From positions 2,784,329-2,848,328 of the forward strand of contig OZ241380.1 in the NCBI GenBank assembly GCA_965200765.1: 64,000 bases of DNA. Reading direction: 5' to 3'. Shown here piece after piece: positions 30,162-39,793 of the stretch. The notes under the pieces were generated by a model. The model was not told the DNA's origin, made no database searches, and worked only from the letters and a program-made list of their open reading frames with translations. The stretch comes from Arenicellales bacterium. GTDB taxonomy: Bacteria; Pseudomonadota; Gammaproteobacteria; Arenicellales; JAJDZL01. The stretch's first letter is position 1. Each line of letters starts with the position of its first letter. The position numbers and the translations under genes were made by a program.

Positions 30162-33100
30162 ATGACAGGCAAATCATTTTTCAAAATAACCAGCGTTCAA
30201 CAAGGCTTCCGAACAACAACCCTTATTTTGTTCTTGCTCGCGGGATTCTGCTTGCTCAACTCTGCAACGGTATTTCCCCAAACCATTCCCTGCAATCCAA
30301 CAGATACAGCCAGTACGCGCGTGGCCGTAACCGGGTCATTTGCCAACCCTGTCGGTACAACCATCATTCGCCAAAACTCAGCTGAAACCGGCATTGATGT
30401 ATCTGAATCGACTCAAACCATGTCGGCGACGGCAACCAATTCAGGAACAGTCGTTACATGCGGCGGTGTCTCAGAATACAACGATGAACAGGGTAATCCT
30501 GCGTCAGCCTATGCCTTCGGGGTTCGGGCAACAGCAACTTCCAGCAAAGGCATCGCAACCGTTGTCAATGAAAACTCCGGAACCATTGAAACGCGCGGTA
30601 GCGCCAGCAAAGGACTGGCAGCTTTCACCAGTGGCGACGGCACAGCCAGTGCAACTAACCGCGGACGTATTCTTACAACCGGCGGTACCTATTTTCGCGG
30701 GATACGGGAAAGTTTCATCAATGACACGCTGGCCTCGGATGGTATTTTCGTCAACGCTTTGGGAAATGGCAATGCAGAAGCAACCAATGAAGCAGGCGCA
30801 CAGATTGCAACCCGGGGTCCAGGTGCACGCGGCATGACTGCAGTGGCTTCCAACGACCCGATGGAAAATGACCCGGAACCACAGTTTGTTTCTACTGGCG
30901 ATGCAACCGCCATCAACCGCGGCACCGTTACCACTTACGGGTCAGCACTCATCCGAATTGAAGAGTCTGTTCTGTTTCTGCGCGAGGCGAACGGCATTCA
31001 CGCGAGTACGATTTCAGGAGATGCTACTGTAATCAACGAAGGCAAAGTCGAAACTCACGGAATCACTTCGGACGGCTTGCATGCGCAATCTCAATCAGGT
31101 GATGCCAATGCCATCAATCGCGGTCGAATCATAACCACCAATGAATTTCCGCGAATGCGGCCACGGTGGCATACCACACTCAGTTCACATGGAATTTATG
31201 CATGGTCGGAAACCGGTCATGTGTCAGCGGTGAACGAAGTTGAAGGATCTATACAAACCTCCGGGGTTCGCGCATATGGAATTTTTGCAGGATTTTTTGG
31301 CGATGACAGTGCAACAAAACAAACCGCTGATGCTGTGAACAGAGGCTCCATCACGACTCGCGGTCATGACGCAGACGCGGTGGTGGCGTTCACACTCAAC
31401 GGCGGCACTGCCAGAAACCCGAATACTGCATATGCCGTCAATGAAAAAGGCGGCACCATTGTGGGCACGGGCAATCGAACATACGGTGTATCCAGTTGGT
31501 TGTTTGAATCCAGGGATGGACACGGATACGGCCACGTCATTGCCGAGAACCATGGTTCCATCACCTTGTCGGGAGACCCCTTGGCCGTTGGACACCACTG
31601 GGGGGTTGTCGGGGTACAGGCAACTCAGGAACATTTGACCAATGACGACCCGCGTGGCCATACCGGAGACACCATCGCTCGCAATACCGGCGATATCTTC
31701 GTAACCGGAAAACGGGCGAATGCCATCAGTGCTGAAAGCTATGGCAACGGCTTGTCGGTTGTAGAGATTACTGGCGGAACGGTCGTCGCGGGCAAGGCCG
31801 GCGAAAACAATGGCGTCGCAATTGAAACCGCAGTGCAGACTGCCGCCGCCGAAGACTTGAGCGACGATATAGATATTGATGTATTGATCTCGGGAGAAAA
31901 CACCACTGTCACTGCACACAGCGCCGCCTCTGATAACCCGGAAACTCCCTACAGGGACGATATTGGAATTGGAATTCTTGCGATAATCAATTCCGGCGAA
32001 ACTTTGCCTGAAGATACCAGCGGCCACATACGCGCCCGAATTACGGACGGAGCAACATTGACAGCAAAGTATGCAACGATTTTCGACGGCGCACGGACTT
32101 CGTTCGATATCATTGAAAGCACTGTTAACGGCTTTGTCTGGCTAACAAGTTTTGCTGATGTCGTAACTCTGCAGGGCGGCTATGTCAATGGCAATATCGA
32201 TATGGATGACGGCGACGACACCTTCACCATAAAAAATCGGGGCTATGTTACCGGTGGTATTCAGTTCGGCGGCGGTGCTGATTCTTTGGTGCTTGATGTG
32301 GCCGGAATCGATGGACAGGCAAGTAGCATCAGCGGTTCAATAATGGGACTTGAAACAATGATCAAACGCGGCACCGGACAAGTTCGTATTAGTAATGCCG
32401 GCATGGACAGTGGCAAAGTTCAAATTGAAAATGGTTCATTGATTGTCGCCGGCCACCTTGACTTGGGCAGCACTGGCGAAGTCACTATTCGCAACGACTC
32501 GAAACTGGTGTTTGAGATTGGCAACTTTATTGTTGATTCCAACCTGCAGGGAAAGATAACGGCTGGTGGCGGTGTAAAGTTTGTCGACGATTCCAATCCG
32601 GAAATTTCCTTGCAACTTGCGGCCAGCATGAACGACGATGTGGCCAAGGTCGTTCAAAGTCAACTACGACAGGGAGTAAGCGTGCTTGGCGACAATACTA
32701 GTTTCAAAAAATCTGCTTCGACCGGAAGTGATGCAGACACAAACCCTGTCGTCAAGTCAATTCGCGGGGGAATTGTTGGTTCTGCAACTGCAACAGGCCT
32801 CGTATCAACTACTAGCGACGTTGCATCAGGTGCAGAAATATCTTCAGAAGCCGGACTCACTGCCGCTGACAGTTCATCTAATAATCAGGGATACTATGTT
32901 GCCGGTGCCTTGATTGCCTGGTTGCTGAGCAGTTCATGTGAAGATAACATGGAATCAGATAGCCAGGAAATCCGGTCCGCCTGGAACTGTTTCAACAGTT
33001 ACGACTCACCGCATACCATTAATTACGACCAAAATCAGCGATTTTATCTGAGTGTCGAATCGGACCCATCATCGGCAAGTGCACTCTCGCATTCGCAGGG

Positions 33101-33866
33101 TTTACAGCTCGGATTGAATTACAACCTTGGAAAGCAAACTGGATTCAGCCTGAAATTTGCACCGAATACATCTGGTTTGGTTCAGTCTGAAAATCTGTCG
33201 TGGAATGATTTTTCGCGTAGCACTGGCAGCAACTATGCAATAAATGCGGACTGGAGCAATGGCTACTGGTTTGCAAATGGAAGCGCAAATCAGGGAAATT
33301 ATGAGACAACAACGCGATTCATTGGATCAACTGCTCAAATCAGCAAATATTCGGGAACTTTTAACAGCACTCATAAACACCTGCAGTTGACGCTTGGTGC
33401 TTCGCTGAGTTTCAATGAAAGCATGTTGTTCGTACCGTCAGTTTCAGTATTCAGGGGTAGCATTCGCAATGCGGAGCTTCGCGCAAGGAATCATATCTTT
33501 GCAGCACAGTTACCCGCATTCAAACAGCGATATGAAGGTTGGCGACTTGGCTTCAGGTTCAAGACTTCTGATGGGCTACGATCATCTGATGGGCGAAAGT
33601 GGTATCCCCAAGTTGGCTATGATGTTCTGCAATTGCAGAGTGATGAACCCGGTGAATTGGCATTGCGGCAATCAGACTTCGCGGGAGTGGTCAGCTTCAA
33701 AAATCAATTGCCGGTTCGAAAGTTGCCGCGGTTGGTTCATGGTTTCCGGGCAGGAATTGCTTCAATGTTATCCAGTTCGACACAGTTGAAACTGGAATAT
33801 GCTGCTGCAAAAGTTGAAAGCGATTTTCAGCACGGTGCACTCCTTCAGATAAAGAAAATTTTCTGA
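30162..33866 (+). CDS. Large autotransporter-type outer-membrane protein (paralogue 2)
   Basis: I prefer the start at 30162 (MTGKSFFKITS...LILFLLAGFCLLNSATVFPQ, a signal peptide). It has the same N-terminal CNP motif and the same NxG-x-I-x-T-x-G repeat architecture as paralogue 1. The beta-barrel end is ...LQIKKIF. Confidence 0.75.
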   Translation: MTGKSFFKITSVQQGFRTTTLILFLLAGFCLLNSATVFPQTIPCNPTDTASTRVAVTGSFANPVGTTIIRQNSAETGIDVSESTQTMSATATNSGTVVTCGGVSEYNDEQGNPASAYAFGVRATATSSKGIATVVNENSGTIETRGSASKGLAAFTSGDGTASATNRGRILTTGGTYFRGIRESFINDTLASDGIFVNALGNGNAEATNEAGAQIATRGPGARGMTAVASNDPMENDPEPQFVSTGDATAINRGTVTTYGSALIRIEESVLFLREANGIHASTISGDATVINEGKVETHGITSDGLHAQSQSGDANAINRGRIITTNEFPRMRPRWHTTLSSHGIYAWSETGHVSAVNEVEGSIQTSGVRAYGIFAGFFGDDSATKQTADAVNRGSITTRGHDADAVVAFTLNGGTARNPNTAYAVNEKGGTIVGTGNRTYGVSSWLFESRDGHGYGHVIAENHGSITLSGDPLAVGHHWGVVGVQATQEHLTNDDPRGHTGDTIARNTGDIFVTGKRANAISAESYGNGLSVVEITGGTVVAGKAGENNGVAIETAVQTAAAEDLSDDIDIDVLISGENTTVTAHSAASDNPETPYRDDIGIGILAIINSGETLPEDTSGHIRARITDGATLTAKYATIFDGARTSFDIIESTVNGFVWLTSFADVVTLQGGYVNGNIDMDDGDDTFTIKNRGYVTGGIQFGGGADSLVLDVAGIDGQASSISGSIMGLETMIKRGTGQVRISNAGMDSGKVQIENGSLIVAGHLDLGSTGEVTIRNDSKLVFEIGNFIVDSNLQGKITAGGGVKFVDDSNPEISLQLAASMNDDVAKVVQSQLRQGVSVLGDNTSFKKSASTGSDADTNPVVKSIRGGIVGSATATGLVSTTSDVASGAEISSEAGLTAADSSSNNQGYYVAGALIAWLLSSSCEDNMESDSQEIRSAWNCFNSYDSPHTINYDQNQRFYLSVESDPSSASALSHSQGLQLGLNYNLGKQTGFSLKFAPNTSGLVQSENLSWNDFSRSTGSNYAINADWSNGYWFANGSANQGNYETTTRFIGSTAQISKYSGTFNSTHKHLQLTLGASLSFNESMLFVPSVSVFRGSIRNAELRARNHIFAAQLPAFKQRYEGWRLGFRFKTSDGLRSSDGRKWYPQVGYDVLQLQSDEPGELALRQSDFAGVVSFKNQLPVRKLPRLVHGFRAGIASMLSSSTQLKLEYAAAKVESDFQHGALLQIKKIF

Positions 33867-33890
33867 CACTCGTGATATGATTTTCACTCC

Positions 33891-35519
33891 ATGAACATCT
33901 ACACTGAAAATCTCGAAAAAAACAGGGCAAACTATCACCCCCTGACTCCAGTTACTTTTCTGGCGAGAAGCGCAAGGGTATTCCCCGAAAAGACCGCAAT
34001 AGTACACGGCGAACTGAAGTACACCTACAACGATCTTTACAATCGTAGCCGACGATTGGCGCATGCACTCACAAAGCGCGGCATTGGAATTGGTGACACA
34101 GTTGCGATTATGTCTCCCAACACACCCTGGATGCTGGAGTGCCACTACGGGGTCCCCATGTGCGGCGCTGTATTGAATGCATTGAACTATCGTCTGGATT
34201 CGGCTTCCATAGCATTTATTCTGGAGCATGGCGGTGCCAAAATTCTGTTTACCGACCGGGAGTACTCGCCAGTCATCGCGGAAGCCTTGAAAATTTACAA
34301 CGCCCCCATTACTGTCATTGACATTGACGATTCTTTGGCCGAATCGGGAGAATTGATTGGCGAAACCGATTATGAGTCATTCATTGCAGACGGCAGTCCG
34401 GATTTTGACTGGCTCGTACCGGAAGATGAATGGCAAGCAATTTGCCTGAATTACACTTCTGGCACAACCGGTAACCCCAAAGGGGTAGTGTTTCACCATC
34501 GCGGTGCATACATCAATGCACTTGGCAATGCCTTGGTGTTTCAGTTGAACAGTTCTAGCAAATACCTTTGGACACTGCCAATGTTCCATTGCAATGGCTG
34601 GACATTCACATGGGCAGTAACCGCAGTTTCCGGCACCCATGTTTGCTTGAGAAACGTCGAACCGGGCCAGATTTTCGCATCAATTCGAGACAACCAGGTC
34701 ACCCACATGTGCGGTGCACCAATCGTCCTGAACATGCTAATTCACGCACCACCGGAAAGCCAGGTAAAACTTGATCGAACTGTTGAAGTCGCCACGGGTG
34801 GAGCAGCGCCACCATCGGCCGTAATCTCATCCATGGAAAAGATGGGATTTCGGGTCACCCATTTGTACGGCTTGACAGAATCATACGGTCCGGCGACAGG
34901 TTGCGCGTGGCAGGAATCATGGAACGAACTTGATTTGGCGGAGCGCGCAGCACATATGGCAAAACAGGGAATTCACTATCCAACTCAACAAGATGCAACT
35001 GTCATCGACCCGGAAACAATGCAACCTGTACCTCATGACGGTGAAACACTAGGCGAGTTGATGATGCGCGGCAACACCATTATGCGCGGTTACCTGAAAA
35101 ACGAAAAAGCAACAAAGGAAGCCTTCCACGGCGGTTGGTATCACACAGGAGATCTAGGAGTGGTGCACCCGGATAACTACATTGAAGTACGCGACCGCTC
35201 CAAAGATATCATTATCTCAGGCGGTGAAAATATTTCCAGCCTTGAAGTGGAAGAAGTCTTGTACAAGCACCCCGGAATCATGGAAGCCGCCGTCGTGGCG
35301 CGTCCAGATGAAAAATGGGGAGAAACACCCTGTGCTTTTGTCACTTGTGCAACTGGCTACGAAGATACATTGACCAACGAAGAGATAATTTCCTGGTGCC
35401 GCGACAACATGGCTCACTACAAGGTTCCGAAAACAGTAGTTTTCGGTACTTTGCCTAAAACATCAACCGGAAAAATTCAGAAGTTTCTGCTTCGCGAGCA
35501 AGCCAAAGACCTGCCGTAA
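33891..35519 (+). CDS. Medium-chain acyl-CoA ligase (AMP-binding family; DmdB/AAE-like)
   Basis: 542 aa with the AMP-binding motifs YTSGTTGNPKGV and GWYHTGDLG. The N-terminus NYHPLTPVTFLARSARVFPEKTAIV is typical of the MMPA-CoA/short-medium-chain ligase clade. Substrate is not determinable from sequence alone. Confidence 0.8.
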   Translation: MNIYTENLEKNRANYHPLTPVTFLARSARVFPEKTAIVHGELKYTYNDLYNRSRRLAHALTKRGIGIGDTVAIMSPNTPWMLECHYGVPMCGAVLNALNYRLDSASIAFILEHGGAKILFTDREYSPVIAEALKIYNAPITVIDIDDSLAESGELIGETDYESFIADGSPDFDWLVPEDEWQAICLNYTSGTTGNPKGVVFHHRGAYINALGNALVFQLNSSSKYLWTLPMFHCNGWTFTWAVTAVSGTHVCLRNVEPGQIFASIRDNQVTHMCGAPIVLNMLIHAPPESQVKLDRTVEVATGGAAPPSAVISSMEKMGFRVTHLYGLTESYGPATGCAWQESWNELDLAERAAHMAKQGIHYPTQQDATVIDPETMQPVPHDGETLGELMMRGNTIMRGYLKNEKATKEAFHGGWYHTGDLGVVHPDNYIEVRDRSKDIIISGGENISSLEVEEVLYKHPGIMEAAVVARPDEKWGETPCAFVTCATGYEDTLTNEEIISWCRDNMAHYKVPKTVVFGTLPKTSTGKIQKFLLREQAKDLP

Positions 35520-35550
35520 TCGTGTTGCATTTGCGGTCTTTGAAATAGCA

Positions 35551-36072
35551 GTGAATCGGTCAATCATCGGTTTTCATCTTGACGAGGAAGACCACTGGAT
35601 TGCAAATCTGGATTGTGGACACAATCAGCACGTAAGGCATCAACCACCATTTGTTAATCGGCCTTGGGTTGTTAGCGAAGAAGGTCGCAATTCCACTCTC
35701 GGCAAGAAACTTGATTGCGTTCGTTGCAATCGAATGGAGTGGCCGGAGGATTGCAAATCCTATCGAAGAACACCTGAATTCGATGAAAATACTGTACCGG
35801 CCGGACTTACAACCAATCACGCCACAAAGCGCGGTATATGGGGGCGAATCCATGTAATTTTCGGAACATTGCTTTACCATGTTGGCCCGCCGGTCAACGA
35901 ATCATTGAGAATTGACCGCGATTCCAGTGCTGTCATTGTCCCTGAGATGTCGCATCGAGTGGAACTTGAAGGACCTGCAAGATTCTATGTTGAATTTTCA
36001 CGAGCAGGTGAGACGATACTTGCCGAGAAAAATAAAAACGGCAAGAAATGTCGGAAAATGCAGGGAAAATGA
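35551..36072 (+). CDS. DUF3565-like + DUF1971 (TehB N-terminal-like) fusion protein
   Basis: The N-terminus FHLDEEDHWIANLDCGHNQHVRHQPPFVNRPWV is the DUF3565 pattern. The C-terminal half, IWGRIHVIFGTLLY...PEMSHRVE, is a DUF1971-like beta-barrel. It uses a non-ATG start (GTG). Confidence 0.55.
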   Translation: MNRSIIGFHLDEEDHWIANLDCGHNQHVRHQPPFVNRPWVVSEEGRNSTLGKKLDCVRCNRMEWPEDCKSYRRTPEFDENTVPAGLTTNHATKRGIWGRIHVIFGTLLYHVGPPVNESLRIDRDSSAVIVPEMSHRVELEGPARFYVEFSRAGETILAEKNKNGKKCRKMQGK

Positions 36073-36106
36073 AACAGTCTCCCCTTTGCCAACCATGGCA
36101 AATAAG

Positions 36107-36140
36107 CAAAAAAAAGTCCGCTATTTGAAAATAGCGGACT
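36107..36140 (-). terminator. Rho-independent terminator downstream of the phasin gene (hairpin is also positioned after the convergent + strand gene)
   Basis: An 11-bp perfect stem joins AGTCCGCTATT (36115-36125) and AATAGCGGACT (36130-36140) with loop TGAA. The minus strand reads hairpin plus T8. Confidence 0.75.
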
Positions 36141-36200
36141 CTATCAAAAAGGAGGAGTTAGTGATATGAAAAAACTTTGCTTGACAATAATATTTGGTCG

Positions 36201-36581
36201 TTAGGCAACCTTCACAACCTTACCGGCATTTTTCTTCGTGTTGTTTGAACCGGTATAGTTCTGCCACAGTGCGGCGTAGGCATCCTTGGCTTCAAATCCC
36301 AAATCAACACAAACTCGAGTGAAATTGGAAACCTGCTCAATCGAATTCTGCAAAACTTTTCCCTGAAGCGCGGTATAGTCATCCGGCGTTTTCATCTGGA
36401 ACCATTCACTGGTCTGTTCAGAAACAGCCTGCATCGCTTGTTTTGCAGCTTTCACATTGTAGTCCGTAGTCTTGTTCAGCAAATTTGCATTGATTGCAAT
36501 TGCTTCGTTCGCCATTTCCACGAATTTCGTTTGCATTGGTGTATCTCCGTTCGGAATCTCAAAAATTTTGTTTTGTTGCAT
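36201..36581 (-). CDS. Phasin-family (PHA granule-associated) protein
   Basis: 126 aa, alpha-helical, low complexity and Ala/Gln/Lys rich, with the phasin_2-like pattern (FVEMANEAIAINANLLNKTTDYNVKAAKQAMQAV). Confidence 0.55.
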   Translation of the reverse strand: MQQNKIFEIPNGDTPMQTKFVEMANEAIAINANLLNKTTDYNVKAAKQAMQAVSEQTSEWFQMKTPDDYTALQGKVLQNSIEQVSNFTRVCVDLGFEAKDAYAALWQNYTGSNNTKKNAGKVVKVA

Positions 36582-36905
36582 TGCAATATAACATCTAACT
36601 GCACGAATGTCAAGATATTTTTCAAATTTTTTTGTGAATGAACTTATCTGACACGAAATATAAGCATAGTATCGTGTCTTACTGGTTATTCTGCTTCAAT
36701 CGATTTTCACCATTCAAGCTTTGTTGTTATGTTGCATTACAGCATAATGTCTGTTCATGTCAGCTGTATTCGTCGACGGCAAGTAGCTAAAGCCGGCCCG
36801 CCCCACTCGTACCCCGGGTTTGGCTTTTCAGTTCGACTCGGTCAAAGAAATGATTTCAGCGATTGAATATGGTGTGTCGTCCATGCCGGCAAAGACGGTT
36901 CTTGT

Positions 36906-39035
36906 TCAACCACGCCTCCATTTATGAAAACGCTCAAGAAATGCAATAGCCTTCGCAGATACATGTGCCCGTCGCCAGTTTCCTGCTGCTAGTCGAACGG
37001 ATTCGGACAAGGTTGGATAAATGTGAATCGCACCAAGAATCTTGTTCAAACCAAGCCCGTGTTGCATGGCCAAAATAAACTCTGCGATCACATCGCCGGC
37101 ATGGTCACCAGCGATAGTCACACCCAGAATCTTGTCCTTTCCGGGCACTGTCAGGATTTTGATGCAACCATGCGTCTCTTCATCCGCTATGGCTCGCGAC
37201 AAATCCTTCATATCGTACCGGGTGACTTCATATTGCACACCCTTTTCCAGTGCTTCCAATTCATTCAGGCCAACCCGTGCAACTTCCGGGTCGGTAAATG
37301 TAGCCCACGGAATGACAGAGTAGTCCACCCGTCGACTATAGAACGGTCGCAGCAAAGCATTGGTCGACGCATACGTCGCTTGATGCGCCCCGACATGCGT
37401 AAATTGGTACGGTCCCGAAACGTCGCCGCATGCATAGATATTTGGAAAATTGGTTTCCAGAAATTCGTTGGTTTGAATCGTTTTTGTCATGGAAAGTTCA
37501 ATGCCAAGTTCCTCGATGCCGTAACCGGCAGTTCTTGCTTTTCTGCCAACCGCGACGATCAAGGCATCAAATTGAATCTTTACTTCTTCCTCTTTGTGCT
37601 TGCAAATCAGGGTCTTCCCGCCGTCCTCCAAAAGAAATTGCTCGGCGCGATGGTCAACCAGAACGTTGACCCCGTCTGCCCTGAATTTCTCCATCACCAT
37701 CTCGGAAAACTCCTGATCTTCTCTGGGTAGAATTCGGGACAGCATTTCCACCTGTGTGACATTGGAACCCAGGCGCGCAAACGCTTGTGCCAATTCACTG
37801 CCAATCGGCCCGCCGCCCAGTATGACAAGTCTTTGCGGCAGCTGCTCCATTTCCCACAAAGTATCCGAAGTCAAATAATCCATTTCTTCGATACCCGGCA
37901 CCGGCGGAACAAAGGGTTCTGCACCTGCAGCAATTACGATGCTTTTGGTCGTCAGTTTCTTGCCATCAACATCTACGCAGTACGGCGATTCAATGGTTGC
38001 ATTGCCGGAGAAGCAATCCACACCCAAACCGGTGTACCGCTCAACCGAATCATGCGGTTCAATGTTCGATATCACTCTCCGGATACGCGCCATGACGTCT
38101 GAAAATTCAAACTCTGCATGCGCGGTATGGATACCGAATTCGGCACTGCGTTTCTGGTGTGCCATGAATTTTGCAGTACGGATCAGTGCTTTGGAGGGAA
38201 CACAACCGGTATTGAGACAATCGCCGCCCATGCTTCCTTTTTCTACCAAAGCCACCTTGGCCTTGACGGCCGCCGCAATGTATGCCGCCACCAGCCCTGC
38301 CGACCCGGCACCAATCACAACTACATTGAAGTCAAATTTCTTTGGTTTGGGAAACTTTCCAAGCACCTTGCGCGACTTGACTACGTCAATGACTTTCTTT
38401 GCGAGTAGCGGGAAGATGCCGAGCAATACAAACGATGCAATCAACGCCGGCGACAAAATACCACTGAGTGAGTCGATCTTGGCAAGCTGGGTGCCGGCAT
38501 TCACATAGACGACCGTTCCGGCCAACATTCCGATTTGACTGACAATATAGAATTTTTTCGTGGAAATTGGAGTCAGTCCCATTAGCAGATTGATGACAAA
38601 AAACGGAAACAGGGGTACCAAACGAAGTGTGAACAGATACAATGCACCATCCTTTTCTACACCTTCATTGATGGCGCGTAGCTTGTCGCCATATCTGCTT
38701 TGAATACTGTCGCGCAACACATATCGGGAGACCAGAAAAGCACAGGTTGCCCCGATGGATGACGCGAACGATACCAGAATGCTCCCAATGACAAGCCCGA
38801 ATATCGCACCCGCTACCAGCGTAATAATGGCCGCACCTGGCAATGACAATCCCGTAATCAGAATATAGAGAACAAAAAACAACAAAGCTGTCTGTACCGG
38901 GTTTGCATCCCTGTACTCCATAATTCGGCCTTGCTGGGCTTTGATGTACTCGAGATTCAGGAATTGGCCCAAGTCAAAGATAAAATACGCAGCGATTAGG
39001 GCAACTACAATGACTACGACAAGAATTTTTTTCAT
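36906..39035 (-). CDS. Fusion protein: TVP38/TMEM64 (DedA-like) membrane domain + FAD-dependent pyridine nucleotide-disulfide oxidoreductase (mercuric/dihydrolipoamide reductase-like)
   Basis: I prefer the start at 39035 (MKKILVVVIVV...). The N-terminal ~230 aa are polytopic membrane. They are followed by GAGSAGLVAAY (FAD), the redox CxxxxC motif GGDCLNTGCVPSK, an NAD motif GGGPIGSE and a C-terminal dimerisation domain. Confidence 0.85.
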   Translation of the reverse strand: MKKILVVVIVVALIAAYFIFDLGQFLNLEYIKAQQGRIMEYRDANPVQTALLFFVLYILITGLSLPGAAIITLVAGAIFGLVIGSILVSFASSIGATCAFLVSRYVLRDSIQSRYGDKLRAINEGVEKDGALYLFTLRLVPLFPFFVINLLMGLTPISTKKFYIVSQIGMLAGTVVYVNAGTQLAKIDSLSGILSPALIASFVLLGIFPLLAKKVIDVVKSRKVLGKFPKPKKFDFNVVVIGAGSAGLVAAYIAAAVKAKVALVEKGSMGGDCLNTGCVPSKALIRTAKFMAHQKRSAEFGIHTAHAEFEFSDVMARIRRVISNIEPHDSVERYTGLGVDCFSGNATIESPYCVDVDGKKLTTKSIVIAAGAEPFVPPVPGIEEMDYLTSDTLWEMEQLPQRLVILGGGPIGSELAQAFARLGSNVTQVEMLSRILPREDQEFSEMVMEKFRADGVNVLVDHRAEQFLLEDGGKTLICKHKEEEVKIQFDALIVAVGRKARTAGYGIEELGIELSMTKTIQTNEFLETNFPNIYACGDVSGPYQFTHVGAHQATYASTNALLRPFYSRRVDYSVIPWATFTDPEVARVGLNELEALEKGVQYEVTRYDMKDLSRAIADEETHGCIKILTVPGKDKILGVTIAGDHAGDVIAEFILAMQHGLGLNKILGAIHIYPTLSESVRLAAGNWRRAHVSAKAIAFLERFHKWRRG

Positions 39036-39157
39036 AATGACTCTGTATTTGAATGAAATTTTTTGATTTTCAATATGATTTTCGCCTTCTTGACCGGAAA
39101 ACAAACTCCAAATTCAATGCTAAATTTATCACACAACCTGCGGTTGGGCATGTCACT

Positions 39158-39793
39158 ATGCTGATTTACTTCATACGACACGGGCAAACCGACTACAACG
39201 TACAACAGAGATTTCAGAGTCAGTTGGACATTCCGCTGAATCGAACTGGTCGACAACAGGCAGAAAAGCTACGCCAATACCTCTTGTCGAACCAGATTCA
39301 TTTACAACCCATCATCAGTTCGCCGCTGTCTCGCGCAACAGAGACTGCCGAAATTATTGCCAAGCAGTATGATGATGTTTTGATCGAGCCCTGTCTTGTA
39401 GAGATCAGCTTGGGTGCTTACGACGGACGATACGAAAGCGAACTGGCAGAAGAAATTGGCAAGCAGGATTACGATACATGGCGCGCCTCATGCTTTACCG
39501 TCCCGTCACCCGGTGGTGAATCTATGCGTGATGCGAAAAATCGTATTGAACCATTGATCGAAAAACTTGCCACATATTCCAAAGATGTGAAGTTGGGGAT
39601 TGTCGCCCATCAGGGAATCCTGATGGCCTGCAAGTCAGTTCTCTCCGGTAAATCAGACGTTGCGTCGCTAATGAATTTCAAGCAACCCAATGATGAAGTT
39701 GACGTTTGGGACTTTGACAATGGCAAGGCCATGAGCTTGCATCGAATCGATTACCGGATTTCTTCCCAAAGCTCGCAGGTTGTTGATTCATAG
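39158..39793 (+). CDS. Histidine phosphatase family protein (phosphoglycerate mutase-like)
   Basis: I prefer the start at 39158 (MLIYFIRHGQTDYN, the RHG catalytic motif). A later ...VAHQGIL stretch supplies the second His. Confidence 0.8.
   Translation: MLIYFIRHGQTDYNVQQRFQSQLDIPLNRTGRQQAEKLRQYLLSNQIHLQPIISSPLSRATETAEIIAKQYDDVLIEPCLVEISLGAYDGRYESELAEEIGKQDYDTWRASCFTVPSPGGESMRDAKNRIEPLIEKLATYSKDVKLGIVAHQGILMACKSVLSGKSDVASLMNFKQPNDEVDVWDFDNGKAMSLHRIDYRISSQSSQVVDS

Noticed and set aside
31224-32027. 267-aa minus-strand ORF inside autotransporter paralogue 2. Similar antisense ORFs occur at 26525-27046, 27989-28324 and 28415-28798 in paralogue 1.
   Set aside because: These ORFs are antisense to a long, repeat-structured, signal-peptide-to-barrel ORF. 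Their composition mirrors the sense strand's Gly/Thr/Ala codons. There is no independent start context.
36574-36745. The inverted repeat TTGCA-T-TGCAA overlapping the phasin start codon, and a 9-nt repeat TGTTGCATT occurring twice (about 36574 and 36729), considered as a PhaR-type operator
   Set aside because: The elements are very short and AT-rich and could arise by chance. One copy is largely inside the coding start. No PhaR gene is present in the window to support it.
37023-37730. 235-aa plus-strand ORF, plus a 189-aa ORF at 37939-38508
   Set aside because: Both lie entirely antisense within the TVP38-FAD oxidoreductase gene, whose FAD/NAD and CxxxxC motifs are intact. They are shadow ORFs.
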